In this document: piece after piece, positions 38,483-53,964 of the stretch | Position numbering within the stretch: position 1 is the first letter of the stretch | How the letters are laid out: each line of letters begins with the position of its first letter | Origin: Octopus bimaculoides | Lineage: Eukaryota | Reading direction: 5' to 3' | DNA: 64,000 nt | Assembly: GCF_001194135.2 (NCBI RefSeq) | Contig: NC_068981.1 | Location: 136,292,752-136,356,751, forward strand | The notes under the pieces: model-generated | Databases searched by the model: none | Seen by the model: only the letters and a program-made list of their open reading frames with translations | What the model was told of the DNA's origin: nothing | Position numbers and translations under genes: made by a program

Positions 38483-39974
38483 TAAAACCATTTAATGTCT
38501 GTTTTCCATGTTGGCATGAGTTGGACAGTTTGTTAGGGGCTGGGTAGGCAGAAAACTGCACCAAGTTTCACTTTCTGTTTTGGGAGGGTTTTAACTGCTG
38601 GATGCCTTTCTAACATCAACCACCTTACTGAGTGCTTTTTTTAAGATTTGCCTTTTCATACTCACATGGATCAGGGAAAATTTGCTGGAGTGAGTTTTCT
38701 ATGGCTGGATGCTCTTATCACCAACCCACACTCTTTACTTGTAAGGTTGAAAATAGATGTCACTGTTTGCATGACAGTGACATTCACTTGCAGTTACCCA
38801 CAATGTCAAGACTTTATTTTCAGGATCAGTTTAGTAGAAAGCTGGACTAAATACTTTGCTGTGTCTTGTCATTTTTGGCAGAATATGGCATGACAATATT
38901 GTCACTAATTCCTTGTGGTTTTGATAAAATGATGCCGCTATCCATTCTGTTCTGCAACAGGGTTTTTCTGCTTTGTTGTAAGGAATCCTTATTACAAGGG
39001 GCCTTGCTTACTTGCTGAAAGGAAGCTGGAACTAAAAGTGGGTCAGTGACATTCACCAATTGAAAACTTTTAATTATTTTGCTTGTTAATTCCCCACCTC
39101 ATTTTCTACACATCAAGTTGTGTGATAATATAAAGAAAAAAGACTTTGAGGAGGTAAATTTTTGAGACATACTTATGAACAATGTTTTGCAAGAAGTCTT
39201 TTTTTTTCATTTGATTTTATCTTTATTTGTACATATCTGGCTGTTATTTCCTTTGCAAGCAACTTGAATAATTGTTTTATCAAATAGTCAGATGACTGAA
39301 ATGATATTTGAAGTACCAAATGGGAATTTCTAGTTTGAAATTAAGGCTTGTCTTATTTTAAAGACTTATACAACAATATATTGTTGTTGTTGCTATTAGC
39401 TGTATCAATATTGGGTTTGGACTAGTATCAAATATGGAGGAAAAAGTGTGTGAAATATATGATGTAATATATCAAAGTGCTGGCTTGTTTTTAATGATTT
39501 TTTTTTTGTTTGTTAGTAAGCTAAATATCAATAATATAGCAAATATGGTTCAATCAACTGCAGTCTATTCAATTTTTGTATATTATTGATGTTATTTTAC
39601 TCTACTTGAAAGGAGAAAATGGGTTTGATCTTGGTTGTATTTGAAATTGAGATAATGAAACTATCACATTACTTATTCTAATCAACCAGGATGGCTCACT
39701 AAATTATGTCCATTTTAACTCTACTTCCAGTATTAGTTGCAATTTTTATGCTTAACACTATGCCATCCACTGCCAACAATGAGTGATCCTCTATGCAGTC
39801 ATAAATATGAAGCAGTGGAATGGTAGAATTGTTATGGCACCAGACTAAATAAATTGCTTTGATTTCAAATTCTACCAGTCAGCTTTACCTTTCGTCTTTC
39901 TAGAGTTGATAAAAGCACTGAGATTGATTTAACTAACCTGCCCGTTCTCACTCATTTCTGATTTATATTGTACC

Positions 39975-40372
39975 CAATGCTGGATTAACCATTTAGCAAA
40001 ATAAGCACTTGCTTAGAGCATCAGGGGAAAAAAAGCCACAACAGAAATGGTAAATGGTTTACAGCACAAAAGAAATCACTTCAAACTTGCTAAAATATTT
40101 GAAGGGTTTTATATGATTAGAAATATAATTTCGAAGTCTTATGGTGTCAGAATGAGTATCTGATAAGACTTTGCAATTGAAAAAAGTAGAAAACTCTTCA
40201 AAAAAAAAAAAAACATTTTTTCCATCTTACTGAAAGTTTTGTTTCATTTTGAAAAATATTTTATGGCTTATTATTGTTGTTTATAGTTTAACTTGTATAT
40301 GTGTGTGTGTGGGGGGGGGGCACCAAAATCTTTTAGATGCTTAGGGCCTCTTTGGGTCTTTATCTGGCCCCA
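39975..40372. mobile_element. hAT-type MITE with perfect 8-bp TSD
   Basis: TSD ATTGTACC at 39967-39974 and 40373-40380. Degenerate TIRs caatgctggattaa / tttatctggcccca. Confidence 0.8.
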
Positions 40373-41238
40373 ATTGTACCAATGTAAAAATCATTAATCT
40401 AAAACAAAAAGTTTTCAATTGAAAAAAAAAAAAAAATTGTACTCTTCAATGCATTTTATTTGGTTTAAAAGTTTGGATAACAGCTGAAAAGCCTTGTGTT
40501 AAGGTTCAGTCAGTTAGGGCTGGCCTGAGCCTAAACAATAAGCACACATAATTAGATTCTTATTCAGTTGTGTAAGGAGTGGTAATTAGATTGGGGTTTA
40601 TTTTCATTTTCCTGTTATTTTTACTCTCCTGTAAACAAATTACAGGTGATACAAGAAGTAAAAATGCAATTAACTCTAGTTGATACTGCAAAGCAATTTT
40701 GTCTGGTATATTATTAAACAAACCATCTTCCTCTTAATTATCCTATAAAATCAATTGATATCGGTTATAGTTTAACTCATCAGTGTAAATTATCTTTGAA
40801 AGGAAGTTCCTCTCTCAATTGTTACCACCTCATTCAGCTGGTGGCTGGAATTTAACTTGTCTCAGACAAATTAGTTTCATATGTGAGACTGAATTAATCT
40901 AATGGCTGAGCAAGTTTGCTTTCTGATTTATTCATCTTTGTTTCATAAAACCTATCGTGTTTGATTTGTCAAAATTATTCTGTAGGATTTTACTTGACAT
41001 TTTAATGCTTTAAAAACACCTCTGCCATTAAGCGCTTATGAAAATGTAGGTGAATTTCCAAATCTATTGTCATTACTTTTGTCATCTTTTTCTCAGATTT
41101 TACTGTTGTCTAATACACACAACAGCTTCATTTTACTTTAGTTTTTCATTCTCCATATTTCTGTAGATTCTCCAAAGTAGCAATATTAGAAATCTGTTCA
41201 AACACTTTCATTTAATTTTTGACAACCTCTGTAAAAGT

Positions 41239-41270
<32 letters not shown>

Positions 41271-42559
41271 CATACACACATATTCATTCACGTTTTCATT
41301 GTGTAGTACAGCTATTCCATTCCTTTTAACAGGTTTGACATTTTCTTTTAGTTATGTATTCTAAGTATGTTATACTAGTATTACAAAAGCAGTAGTCGCA
41401 TTAATTTAAAGTGAAGTTTGTGAGTTTGGCTAAATTCGTATGCTGTGGATAGAAGAAGAATTTGATGTTTCAACATTGTCCATTTAAGAGGGAGAGATTT
41501 CTCTGAAAGGACAGCTTTGAAATGTCAGATTTCTTTTCTCTTCGTAGCATATAGACTTATTGAAACACTTGAACTTCAGTGTAGAATTTTTGCCAACATA
41601 GACTACCACTATTTTCTTCAAACTCTTTTAACTTTTCGTATAATTTACACGATGTTTGAGATAACTCGTGTGTTAAGTTTACCACATTGGACAAATGTTT
41701 TCTGGTTACATCCATGGACCAACCACTGCCTTGTGAGTGATCTTGGTAAATGGAGACTGGAAGGAAGCCCATTGTGTTTCTGTGTGCATCTGTTTGTTTT
41801 CCTTGCCACCACCACTTCACAACTGGTGTTATGTCTTCAGAAGCCAGCTGTTCAGCAAATGATACCAATAGAATAACAATCAAACTTAAAAATAAGAACT
41901 GGTGTCAATCTGTTTGAAGCCTTTCAGTGGCTGCAGTTCAGTGACTAAAATATATCTAGAGGATATATGAAATACTTCTAGACATTTCAATTTTTGAACA
42001 TCACATATTTCAATAAACCATTAACACAAAAAGTGAAATCTCTTCTGCATTTGGTTTTCAGGTGTGATTGTAAAACTAGAATTTCATATATTTATTTACA
42101 TTTTTGGTAAATAAAATGACATTAAGGGTTTTTTTTTTCCTCTGGTGGTTTTATGTCTTAATACATAGATAAGTAAAGATTTGTTGGAAATTTAGTACTG
42201 TTTTAAAAAAATGATATAGGAAGGTAATGGAAGGCAGAAGTAATATCCAGCTCCTATAAATGAAATAAACTTTATCTTTTGTGTGTTATTTGTTGTCCAT
42301 TATTGATTTTGGTTTCTTAAATTTTACACCTGTTCTTACTGGTTACCTGTTTCATTTTTTAATCTCTTAACCAGTTTATCTATTCTTTCCAGTTCTCTAT
42401 GTAATCCATTGGGAAAAAACGAACAAGTACATACTCCAGTCATTAAGAAAATTATATCCAGATAAAATATTTTCTATTTTTAGGCTTAGAATTGCATCTC
42501 ATCTAATCAACTCAGAAGAGATGGCCACTGTTAGGGAAATGTAATACTTCTAATCTGTT

Positions 42560-43110
42560 TTTATAGATTTCAATACACTACTCATTTTTTTAATGTTTTC
42601 TGTTAGCATTTCAGTTAGGTTAGTCAATATCTTTACAAGCTTATTCTTTCTCCGCTTGACTCCAGATAATAACGGCACTATAAATCTTTCTGTAGTAGGT
42701 ATTGTTGTCTTCATATTGATAAGGTTATGGCTGCCATTCCATTGCAGTAGTTCTCCTGTAAATATCTTGTATAGAATTCTGCTTCTTTATGGTAAATTGT
42801 TTTCTATCTCTTGTATATTGATAGAAATTTTACATTTTGTTTACTTTCAATGTCTGCCTCTCTTGGTCATTGACATTTTACTGTGGAAACTTAACTAGGA
42901 GATAAATTATCTCCTTGCTATAGGGGTTTATTTCAAATTTACTGATCGGTCAACAACCATGCTATTACTCTTGGGTACTTCACAGGGATTCTGGTTATTA
43001 GTTGATTTATGCATGAAGTAGTTAGTTACCAACAGGAAATTGCTATTAGGAAACAAATCTTTGTTGCCAGTATTTCCATCTCTATAGCTGTTATTCGGCT
43101 GCATGTCATC
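42560..43110 (-). mobile_element. Decayed LINE reverse-transcriptase fragment (RTE-like)
   Basis: The - strand gives QGDNLSP (~42898-42918), the QGDxLSP motif of non-LTR RT, in a frame with multiple stops. A-rich sense strand. Confidence 0.5.
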
Positions 43111-43149
43111 TAGTTTCTAGTTTTCTTTTTGTCATATACTAAGCACTTG

Positions 43150-44160
43150 CATAACTGTGTAGTTAATAATCTTGCTTTGCAACCATGTGATTTCAGGTTC
43201 AGTTCCATTGTATGGTACTTTGTGCAAGTGTGTACTATAATTCTAGGCTGACCAATGCCATGAGTAAATTTGGTAAACAGAAACTGTATGGAAGTCTGTA
43301 TGTGTGAATGCTTTTGTATTGTCCCTCCACACCACTTGACAACTGGTGTTGGTTTGTTTACATCTCTGTAACTTAGTGATTCAGCAGACACGATTGATAG
43401 AATACATAAAAACTGCATACTGGTGCCGATTTGTTCAACTGAACTCTTCAAGGCAGTACCCCAGCATCATCACAGTCCAATGGTTGAAACTGCTAAAAGC
43501 TATACATAAAGCTACTAAATTAAACAGGATGTTGGTCATCAGCTGAAACCTAAGCCCCTTGATATTTCAGTATGTGAAGTATCTTAATTCTTTAGAGTCT
43601 GTCTATTTAACTACAAGATGATGAAAACATTATCATTCCTGATATCACTGATATCAAGTTAATTGCCTAACTCGCTCACTTTTCTATGATCCCTTGGCCT
43701 TTTTCTATTCTTACTTCCTTATTTGGGCTCTAAAATTGCTGTGTAGTTCAGTTTGCTTCCCAACTATGGTTTTGGTTTCAGTCCTACTGCACAACACCTG
43801 CGACATGGTTTCTTCTAGAAACTCAAGCTGACCATTATCTTGCAAATAAATTTTGGAGAGAAATTGTAGGAAGCCTATTGAGTATGTGTGTATGTATGTG
43901 TTTGTATGTATGAATACTGAACTCCTATGACTTTGCTTCATATCACCAGAGTGAAATAGTGATATGTTTACATACCTTGTTGCAATGACCAGTTGCATTG
44001 CACTTTCAAAGACCTGTGGAATAAATCCTTTACTTGAAAAACAGGTGAGTGAGTGAGTGACAAAAGCATTCAGCCATAAAAATCCTCCCTCAAATAAATC
44101 CCGACACAAACCATGCAACCATAAAAAAAAAAAACTAAAAAAAAACGTGGATGTTGAATG
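43150..44160 (+). mobile_element. Two degenerate SINE copies (~43150-43500, ~43755-44160)
   Basis: Head, core and tail blocks colinear with 5746-6160. Explains ORFs 43110-43451 and 43711-44220. Confidence 0.7.
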
Positions 44161-46169
44161 AATGAATATTGCAATATGTGCCAAAATCAGGTCTTGGAAT
44201 GTTATCACACACCATTCCATGATGCTGCTGGCTTGATTGGCATTGTCATTTTATCCAAATTACTCTTTCAACAAGGTTAATTAATGTGCCAGGCAACTAG
44301 CCATACAGGGTTATGATTTTAAGAATCTAGACAAATTACTGTTTGTCTTTCTCTACTTCGTTGGAAATAGACGATTTGCTCATTTCATGATTGAGTGCTT
44401 GCTTTAACAATTTGGATGCAAATAGCTAAATTAGCAGAATCCATCTCGTTTATGTTCTCAATGGATGAAAAAGTAGGTTTTTCTCCACCTCCTCTGTTTC
44501 CCCATGTTTGATTTGATATATTTGTCAATCAATGCACACAAGCTTCTTAGATGCATTATTGTTCTATTCTGTGTTGTAGAAATAAATTTTCATGATGTTT
44601 GTCTATTATAACTTGTGCATTGTTACTTCTGTACACCACTGTTTAGGTATATGGACATCTTTGTGTCTATTACGAAGCTGATATGGAAAGAGTGAGCAAA
44701 TGCTGCTGCTGAGATAGATAGCAATAATTATGGTGTGGTGTTTAAAAAAAATGCATATACCTACCTTTTATATTGAGCATTAGCAGGAGATAAAAGAATG
44801 GCTGGGGGGAGAGGAGGGTATCTGCACATTCTCTGTTTTTCATTTCTGTAATCTATTACAATGGGAATTCTCTGTTTGTATCCAATTTTCCTTTCTTTCT
44901 ATCTGGTCTTTCTTCACTTCAATCTCTTAGCTTTAAAGAAGTGGACAAAAGCAAGTTTTCAAATAAATTTATTATTTAGATAATAATAACAATAATAATA
45001 CACTTCAGTTTTAATTAACTAATCAATATTTTTAATTTCATATCATTTCCTGACTGGATTTTTAAAGATTTCCATGCTTAAACATTGAATGATCATGACA
45101 AGCTGTTCGAGGATATTAACTTCATTATCATTCCTTATGTAAGCTGCAGTCAGATTAAGGTGTTGTCAATGCTGGGAGGAGCTTACAGTAATAGCTTCTT
45201 GTTGATATTTTTTTCTCTTCTGTTTCTGGTTACATCAGAACAAAACAAAACACAAGAAAGAAAAAAATTAGTCTGAAGAAGCCATTATTAGTTCACTCCC
45301 CTATAATGTGTAACTATCTGATCTCTTTCTATTACATGAACATTACTTGAAGCACTGCCTACAATTTAAATGAACAAGCCCCTTGAGATGAGAAATTGCT
45401 TCAATCTTCTAAAATTGAAAAAACAAAAACAAAAAAATGTGTAAATGAAAATTTTAATTTTTCAAGAACATTGCAAGGTGTTACCCAGAATTCATAGTTC
45501 TAAATTTCAACAAATAAGAACAAGTCTCTAATCACTGTTTTGCCATCTCTCTCTCCTGTAGAGCCATCATTTCTTTAGCCACTACCTTCCAAACTACTTC
45601 ACATCTTCTCCATGGACTCACTGTCACATCCCATTGATTGCTTAAATAAAAGTTGAATTATAATTAATCCAGTTAGAACTAAGAACCTATAAAAAGGCTA
45701 TGACTATTCTCTCCCATTTATTTTAAAGATTTTCTTAAAAAGCTCTTGAATTTGAAGAATTAATATAGAGAAACAATAGGGTTTACAAGAAACTATTAGA
45801 AAGCCAGTTTACCATTTTTGTTCAACATTTTTGTAAATACTTGATAATTTTCTGTTTGCTTGAGGTCAGCTTTGATTGACCAAAGACTTTCTGGCTGTGA
45901 CCATCCATCATTTTTTGAAGTGGTAGGGCGTAATTTGAGGGCTGTTTTGCTTCTAATTTTATCAAATCAATTCAACACAAATTTTGTTTGTGACCTTTTT
46001 AAACTTGTCATTCATTATCATCTATCATTTTTAATTAATCTTTGGTAACAAAAAAAGAAAAATAAGTATAGATTCTATTACAACCTCCATCTCTTCCGTA
46101 GTTATGCTTTTGTTTACTTTCCCTCTACCTCACCTGTGTTCCTTAGCATTACAGGTGTATGGACTGTTA

Positions 46170-47070
46170 TTCTTTTACTTGTTTCAGTCATTTGACTGTG
46201 GCTATGCTGAAGCACTGTCTTAAGTCAACCAAATCGACCCCAGGACTTATTGTTTGTAAGCCTAGTACTTATTCTATTGGTCTCTTTTTCTGAACCTCTA
46301 AGTTATGGGGATATAGACACACCAACATTAGTTGTCAAGCGATGGTGGGGGGATACGCACAAATATATACATAAATATATGTATACACACATGACAGGCT
46401 TCTTTCAGTTTCCATCTATCAAATCCACTTAAGGCTATAGTAGAAGACACTTTCCCAATGTGCCATGCAGAGGGACTGAACCCAGAACCATGTGGTTGGG
46501 ATGCAAGCTTCTTACCACACAGCTACTCCTGCACCAATTATGTGCATTGGTATTTTTTTTTTTTTCTATCAAAATAAAAGGAGAAATATTCTCTGTGCAA
46601 ATCACCTGAAGGTATTTGCACATTGAATCAGATTTCTTTGGTTTATCTTTTACTCATTTCAGTCATTCAACTGTGGCCATGTTAGAGCACTGCTTTGAAG
46701 GGTTTTAGTCAATATAAGTGCTCTCCACTATATATATATATATATATATTTATTTATTTAAGCTTGGCATTTATTTTACTAGGCCCTTTTGTTGAACTGC
46801 CAAGTTCAGGAGATGAAACGAACCAACACCAGTTGTCACACACTGATGGAGGAACAAACATACACATCTATGTATATATATATATATATGCGTGCGCGCA
46901 CACACACACGGTGGACTTCCACACAAATTCCATTTACCAAATCCACTCACAAGACTTTGGTCAGGACAAGGTTATGGTAGACATTAGCCCAAGGTGTCAT
47001 GCAGTGGTGCTGAACCTGAAACCATGTGGGTTGCAAAGTGAGTTTCTCAACCATGCAGACATACCTGCAC
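46170..47070 (-). mobile_element. Two SINE copies on the minus strand (~46170-46530, ~46650-47070)
   Basis: Reverse complements of the tail (gtttcagtcatttgactgtggc), core and tRNA-like head. Confidence 0.8.
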
Positions 47071-47182
47071 CTATAAAATTTACACAGACCTGTTTTAACC
47101 AGGATTAGAACCTGTGTTACCCTGGCCACAGTATGGGATCCTAACCACTGGATGATTATATCCTCCAGGTTTTTTGTTCTTT

Positions 47183-47221
<39 letters not shown>

Positions 47222-48708
47222 TATAAAACAATTCCATCCCTTCAGAATAGTTGCAGAAAGCAAATGTATTTATGTGTACATACAGCAATCCTTATTTCAG
47301 AGTTGTTAATTCACATCCCAATAACTGCCACCTGGTTATACTCTTCTGCCGAACAATTTACTACAGTTACAAGCTATCTTCATATAACAACTATATTTCG
47401 TCACATAAGGTGCACATTTTTTTCCCCTTCAAAAAAAAATCACGCTGCTGGTTTCTAAATGTGAAATTGGGCATAAGCTTCAATGCATTAAAACCTTTTC
47501 TTGAAAATGTGCTGTTGAAATTGGGGGACATCTAATATGCCTATACATCAAATAAAGATGATAAAGTTATCCAGCAGCAACACAAATTTTTGCTTTGCAA
47601 ATATCAGCCAGTCTGTTTTATCAGGAATATAAAATATTAATTTCTCTTTCAGATCTACTTTAGATCTCTATTTCATTATTTGATTATTATTATCTATTTC
47701 TTTTTTTTTTTTTTTTTTTTTTTCCCCATAGCTGCTCAATGATGACACTTTCTAATATAGCTGAATGGGAAGGGTTATTATTAGATTTTGCATATGATCA
47801 CTTAATATATGAAAGCTTAATAGATGATATAAATTGATCTGTTAGATATCATTTCCAGAAATGGCGTAGTCGTAATGAGCTACTCCTATATTTCTTAAAA
47901 GTATTTGGCTACTTTCCACTGTCATCGTCATAGTAGTTGTTCAGCTTCAGATCTGCTTGGATCAAAAGTGTTTCATCCCTAACATGTTTTTTTGGATTAT
48001 ATTATCTAATGTCTTTCTTACTTTTTTTTTTTTGTTTTTAAAGATGGTACTGTGTTATATAAGGGAGATTTGGCTGATCTCTCATAAGTTGATTCTCTGG
48101 ACAGAATCTTTTGTCTTGTAGGCCAACTGTTATGATTAATATACTTCCAATTGCTTAGACTTCTTGTTTATAGGTGATGAGGCCCCTATATTAGAATTTT
48201 ATTGGGACGTTTCCATTGACTATGGAAAAAAATTCGCTTTTGTTAGTTTCTATATGTAGGCTGCCGGAAGATCCCATTTTTTTTATATTAAACTATACAT
48301 GCATATATATATATACATACATATATATATATATATGTATATAATTATATATGCTTTATATATAAACACACATAATACACATAAAGATACATTCTATTTC
48401 AATAATTACTCTTAGAATATCCAGTATGCATGTGATTATACACACCTGCATGCATGCACACACGACTGCATACACACACTACCACATGCAAAACCACGCA
48501 CACACATATTTGTTATTAGTTTCTGAAATATTAGATCTCAAACCTTTTGGAATGATTTAGATTGAATTTAAGAATAGTAAATCTTGCAATTGGCTGTTTT
48601 TATTTTTCTTGTATTATTTCAATCCTACAATCAATGAGAATATAAATTAATTTCTATCAGTAAAATACATGAAGACAAATTGTCATTCTGTAACTCTTAC
48701 TCCCACCC

Positions 48709-48855
<147 letters not shown>

Positions 48856-49059
48856 TCATGCAATAAGAGGACATGAAAAATGTGTAAAGAAATATCAAAT
48901 TCCTTTCTTCCATTCTTTAATGTTCTGATATTTTTGGTATTTCAATTATATTTAAGATGCTAAGTTTTATGTAATTGATTTTCTTTTATTGCTAGCTAAT
49001 ATATTTTGTTTACTATAAATGAATTATTATTTTTTTTTTTTGCTCTGTCGCCCTCGCAG

Positions 49060-49092
49060 TTTCAAGTGAAATAAAAAGATATGAAAATAGGT
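49060..49092 (+). CDS. Candidate 33-nt micro-exon (V)SSEIKRYENR continuing the EF-hand gene
   Basis: Acceptor t(12)gctctgtcgccctcgcag, donor AGGT|gtaagg (alternative AG|gtgtaa at 49090). Phase 1 matches the end of exon 31156-31262. The joined PSLTQ-VSSEIKRYEN keeps the register of calmodulin PTEAE-LQDMINEVDA. Confidence 0.45.
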
Positions 49093-51039
49093 GTAAGGGT
49101 AGTTTCATGTTGATCAATGCCGTATGAGTTAAATTTGCAAATGGAAATTCTTAGTTTTTTCTGTGTAAAATCTCTTGAGATAAAACAGCTCATAACACAC
49201 AATACCTTGTGGTTTTTTTATTATGGAAGTTACATCTTTTTTTATAAAAGAAGAGGATTTAGTCCTTCAGTTGATTTAATAAGTACAAGACTCCCATTTG
49301 TTCCTCATTTCAAGTGACATCAGAGGATATGAAAAATGTGAGATTAATTCTCATTTAAATTGATAGTTAACCTTGTAAGTTAAATTTGATAGATGGAAAA
49401 TGTAAAAGCTTTTTGAGTGTTTATCATTATTTAACATCCATTTTCCATGCTGGCATGGGTTGTATGGTTTGACAAGAGATGGCAAATCGTAGGACTGTAA
49501 CAATCTCTATTGTCTGTGTGTATGAACTCTCTTGCAAGGTTAATCAGTATAGCATCCACATAAATACCTTGCATTTATTTGATGTTAGTTATATCCTTCT
49601 AAACAAAGAAGACTTAGAAATGTAATACAAATGGATAAAGTAAGTGCCAGACAAGAGTAGTTTATATAATTGACTAAAATACCTGAGTGTGGTATTCCAG
49701 TATGATCACAGGCCAGAGACTGAAACCAGTCAATGAATTTTCAGAGAACCTATCCCTTTGTTTTTATATTTTGAAATGTTGCAATATTTTGGTTACTCAA
49801 AATATTTTTTGATGCTGATTTTCTGAATAGCTTATTTCTTTTACTGTTATTTGATGTTAACTATTAAGGAATCATTTCATTCTCTTTCACTTGATATATT
49901 GGGAAATTTTTTTTAAATTGGAAAAAGCCAACAAACTAATTTTTTCACTTTTTGTGTTCCAGACTGGAATTTGTTTCTCAGGTTAGGAATATAGAATTTT
50001 GATTCTCAAGACCAAATTGCATTCTTGTGAAGATGAAATTTTAATTTACACTGAAGACTTTTTCAGTTGATATATTGTGCAAAATTTTCTCAGTCTTTCT
50101 TTTATCTCTCTCATTCTGTCTCTTTCGTTAATCTGAGTTTATCATTTACTCTCTGCCATAAAGTTACCAATGAAATTTAAATAGCAGGAAACTCTTGCCT
50201 TAGGCACTGTGCAGTGGGACTGAACTCAAAACAGTGTTGCAAACTTTTTAACCACACAGCCATGCCTGCACCTGTTTGTTATTCATAATTCACTTATAAT
50301 TCATTTTGGGTGTATAACTGAGAATTTAAGTGTAGAACTCTTAAATATCCCCCTTCATCACTCTCATTGCAAATCTCGTAAATCTTACAGCATAATTTAC
50401 AACATTACCAATCTACCTATCAATCCCCTTCATAAGACTGTATAATAATTGGGTTTATAATAAATGCTTGCCTTGCTGTTGGTTCTGAAGCACATTAATC
50501 AGGTTATTTGATATATTGCTAATTATATATGTATATACTCACACGCATGCAGGCACAGGCATTCATGCACACATCTATGCATGCACATCTGCATTCATAT
50601 ATTCACATATGCATGCACGCACACTATTTAATTCTGAAATTCCCTTCAAGATCTCATAAAGTTGCTATTAAAAATCTGCTCAGCTGATGAATTTTGACAG
50701 GTTATATAATATTGTGTGTATGTGTGCATATATAATTTTAAACTTGTAATTATCAGTAGAGAAATATCAATTATGATTTCTGCTGCAGAAAGTATGAAAT
50801 ATTATAATTTAAAATTGCAGGCTACATCATGATGTGTGCATATCCCTCTTTTTACTGTATAGCTCTCATCTTGTTTATATTGTCTGTGCTTGTAAGAGCA
50901 GCTAGTAGTGGTGGTAGTAATGTATATAATGTTGACCAATGACCTGATATTGGATCTGGAACAGCTGACCCTTTCATGTAGGGCCATTACTTTGATGAAG
51001 CAATAGTGATATGTTATGCAGTATTATAGAACATGTAGG

Positions 51040-51560
51040 TTATTCTCTTACTTGTTGCAGTCATTAGATTGCAGCCATGTTGGAGCAGTGCCCTTAAAGG
51101 GCTAGCTGAACAAACTAACACCAGAACTGTTTTTTTAAGTCTGGTGCTTGTTCTGTAGATTCCTTTTGCCAAACTGCTAAATTATGACTAAGTAAACAAA
51201 CCAACACCAATTGCCAAGCAGTGCTGGAGACACACTGTTCCAGGCTCAGCTCTACTGTGTACCACTTTGGGCAAGTGACATCTGATATAACCCTGAGCAG
51301 CCCAAAGCCTTGTGAGCAGACTTAGTAGCCGGAAACTGAAAGAAGCTTGGGGGGGGTGTGTGTGTGTGTGGGAGTGGGTGCGCGCGCGCGCTATATATAT
51401 AATTATATCGTGTGATAACTTTAGATGACTGTCATAGTCATACAGCAGTGTCATTCATTTCTAGTCTTTTGCGAGGACATGTTTGACCATGGGGAAATAT
51501 TGGTGTGCTTGGAAATAGATGAGGATTGGTGACAGTGAGGGCATCTAGTCATAGAAAAAA
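51040..51560. mobile_element. Rearranged SINE: 3' half on - strand, 5' half on + strand, then a further + SINE remnant
   Basis: 51040-51225 is the reverse complement of the SINE tail and core; 51238-51345 is the forward 5' half. Confidence 0.6.
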
Positions 51561-53964
51561 TGAACAAGAAACTAATATTTCTGGGGAATTCTACCCTGTA
51601 TGTCTATATCATAATCTTTAGTTAAACTAATATAAATTCAGAATTTACATTTACTACATTTTGTAGACATCCTATGCTGTATTATAAACAGAAAGCTATG
51701 TGAAACATATTTTGAGATAATCCTGGATATGTAATTATTGATTAGCCAAAATATAACATGTACATGTAACTTATGTACTTTTGATCACAGATGTCTGGGT
51801 AAAACTGAAAATAGACGACCATGTTGAAAGTTTCTGTAAACATTTTTTTTCTGTAAATACCTATTGTTCAGTAATTATTTTTGTCCTTTTCTTGTTCTGA
51901 CCCACATACCACCAAGATTGTTGTACAAACATTTAATGACTCAATATTCTGTTTGTGAAAGCCAGAGTAAAGCAAATCATTCTTGGAGGGAACATTTGTG
52001 ATTCATAACTTGTCAAACTAGTTTCATACTTAAAGATACTGTCACTTTCTTACCGAATTTAATTATTTTTCTTTTATGAGATTTCTATAATAATTTCATT
52101 AATACGATCTCACTCTTATTTTCTTTTACTGGTTTAATCATTGGACTGTGCCAATGCTGGGGCAGTGACTTCAAGCTTTTTTGTGAATCATACTGATCCT
52201 GTACTTATTTCACCCTGGTACATATTTTTTAAATCTCTTTCAACTGTAGTTATTGGAGCAGTCTAAATAAACACTTGCGTGTGTGTATGTGTGCGTGTGT
52301 GTATATATATGTATATATATATATANNNNNNNNNNNNNNNNNNNNNNNNNNNNNNNNNNNNNNNNNNNNNNNNNNNNNNNNNNNNNNNNNNNNNNNNNNN
52401 NNNNNNNNNNNNNNNNNNNNNNNNNTCATTTAATATGATAGTTTTCCTGTTGGCATGGGTTGTATAGTCTGACAAATAACTGGAAAGCCAGAAGACTGTG
52501 CCATGCTCCACTGTCTGCTTTTGGCATGGTTTTTACAGCTGGACTCCCTTAATGCCGACCACTTTACAGAGTAGACTCCTAACATTAACAACAATACTCC
52601 TCTCAGAGTTGAGTTTTAATCTTTACCATTCATGTATCATCATAACCCCTTTTCCTGCTGTCATAAACTTGATTAGATATTTTTTGAAGTGGCTTTTCAT
52701 AGCCAGATGCCTTCTTGATGCCAACTGTTTTTAGATATATACCTCACAAAAGGTAGGCTCGTATCTCGTTTAGTCTGAAAAACCATGATTTTCAAATACT
52801 CTTTTGTTAGCCGGTCACCATTTTTATAGCTGCGCTTTGTTACCATTTGTGTAACACTGTTTTTATATGTTTCCTATTTGGAATTAGATAATAAATATAT
52901 TTTACTTTTGAAGTAGGAATATATATTGATAAACTCGTCACTTATAACTTACTTATAAGTGTTATCATTATACATAAGTCCTGATTCCAGCTACATAAAT
53001 GCTATAGTGAGAAATATATACTCTGAAATGCTAAGGGACATTGTATGCGTGCATGTATGTTGAAAATAAACAAAATTTGTGTTCTTTTAACCGCTATAAA
53101 AAAAAATACAGTTTCACAATTGCAGAAATAAATTTCATTAATAAATTGAAGAACGTGAAGAAAGAGAAAATAATTACTACATTATTTTATTTATATACAT
53201 TTAACATCTATAGTACAATTGGAAAGTAAAATCATTTTGCCGTAGAGAATTACAACTTAAAATTCACACTAGCTAATCCTTCATACCAACTACTGGAGTT
53301 CACAACTATCCAAATAAGCCTTGTTGGATTTTTATCATAGACATGGCATAAAAAATAGCCAATATCTCAATGAGTGTCATGGAGTTTAGTAACAATCCAA
53401 TGAACATTGAGTAATTTCCCCCAAAATCAGGGTTTTTATAACTGTTCATATCTGAATTCTAAGAAGTGTATTTCATGAAAATTTCTTTGACGAAAGTTTA
53501 GAATTCCTATATGGGCAGTAAATTTAACCAATGGGATACCAACAATTATGCTTGTTCGGGCAAGCAACCATTACATCATATTGCCACCTTTTTTGACTTG
53601 CTACAACTCGTACACATATCAGTAATGAACTGAAAGAATGAGTGCTCAAAGAAGTTTGGCCAAGGTGCCTTGCAGAATGGAATTAATTGTAAATTTTAGG
53701 GTTGCTCATTCTTATCATGCAAATTCTATTGATGCTAGTTTAATGAAGAGCTGCTATAATTTGGTAAATTATTTTAGCAATTTTTTCCATCCTTTGTACA
53801 GTGTGATTTGTATTTAAGTTTATCTTCATGTTGGCATTTAGAATTGTCTTCATTTTTAAAAGAGAAAACCTAATTTTATTCAAAAAGTTATTGTTTCCCA
53901 GTTTAAATATTTTCTGTTTTCAAACTTAAATTGTTAGGTGAGGTTAGTCCATAAGAAACATAGG

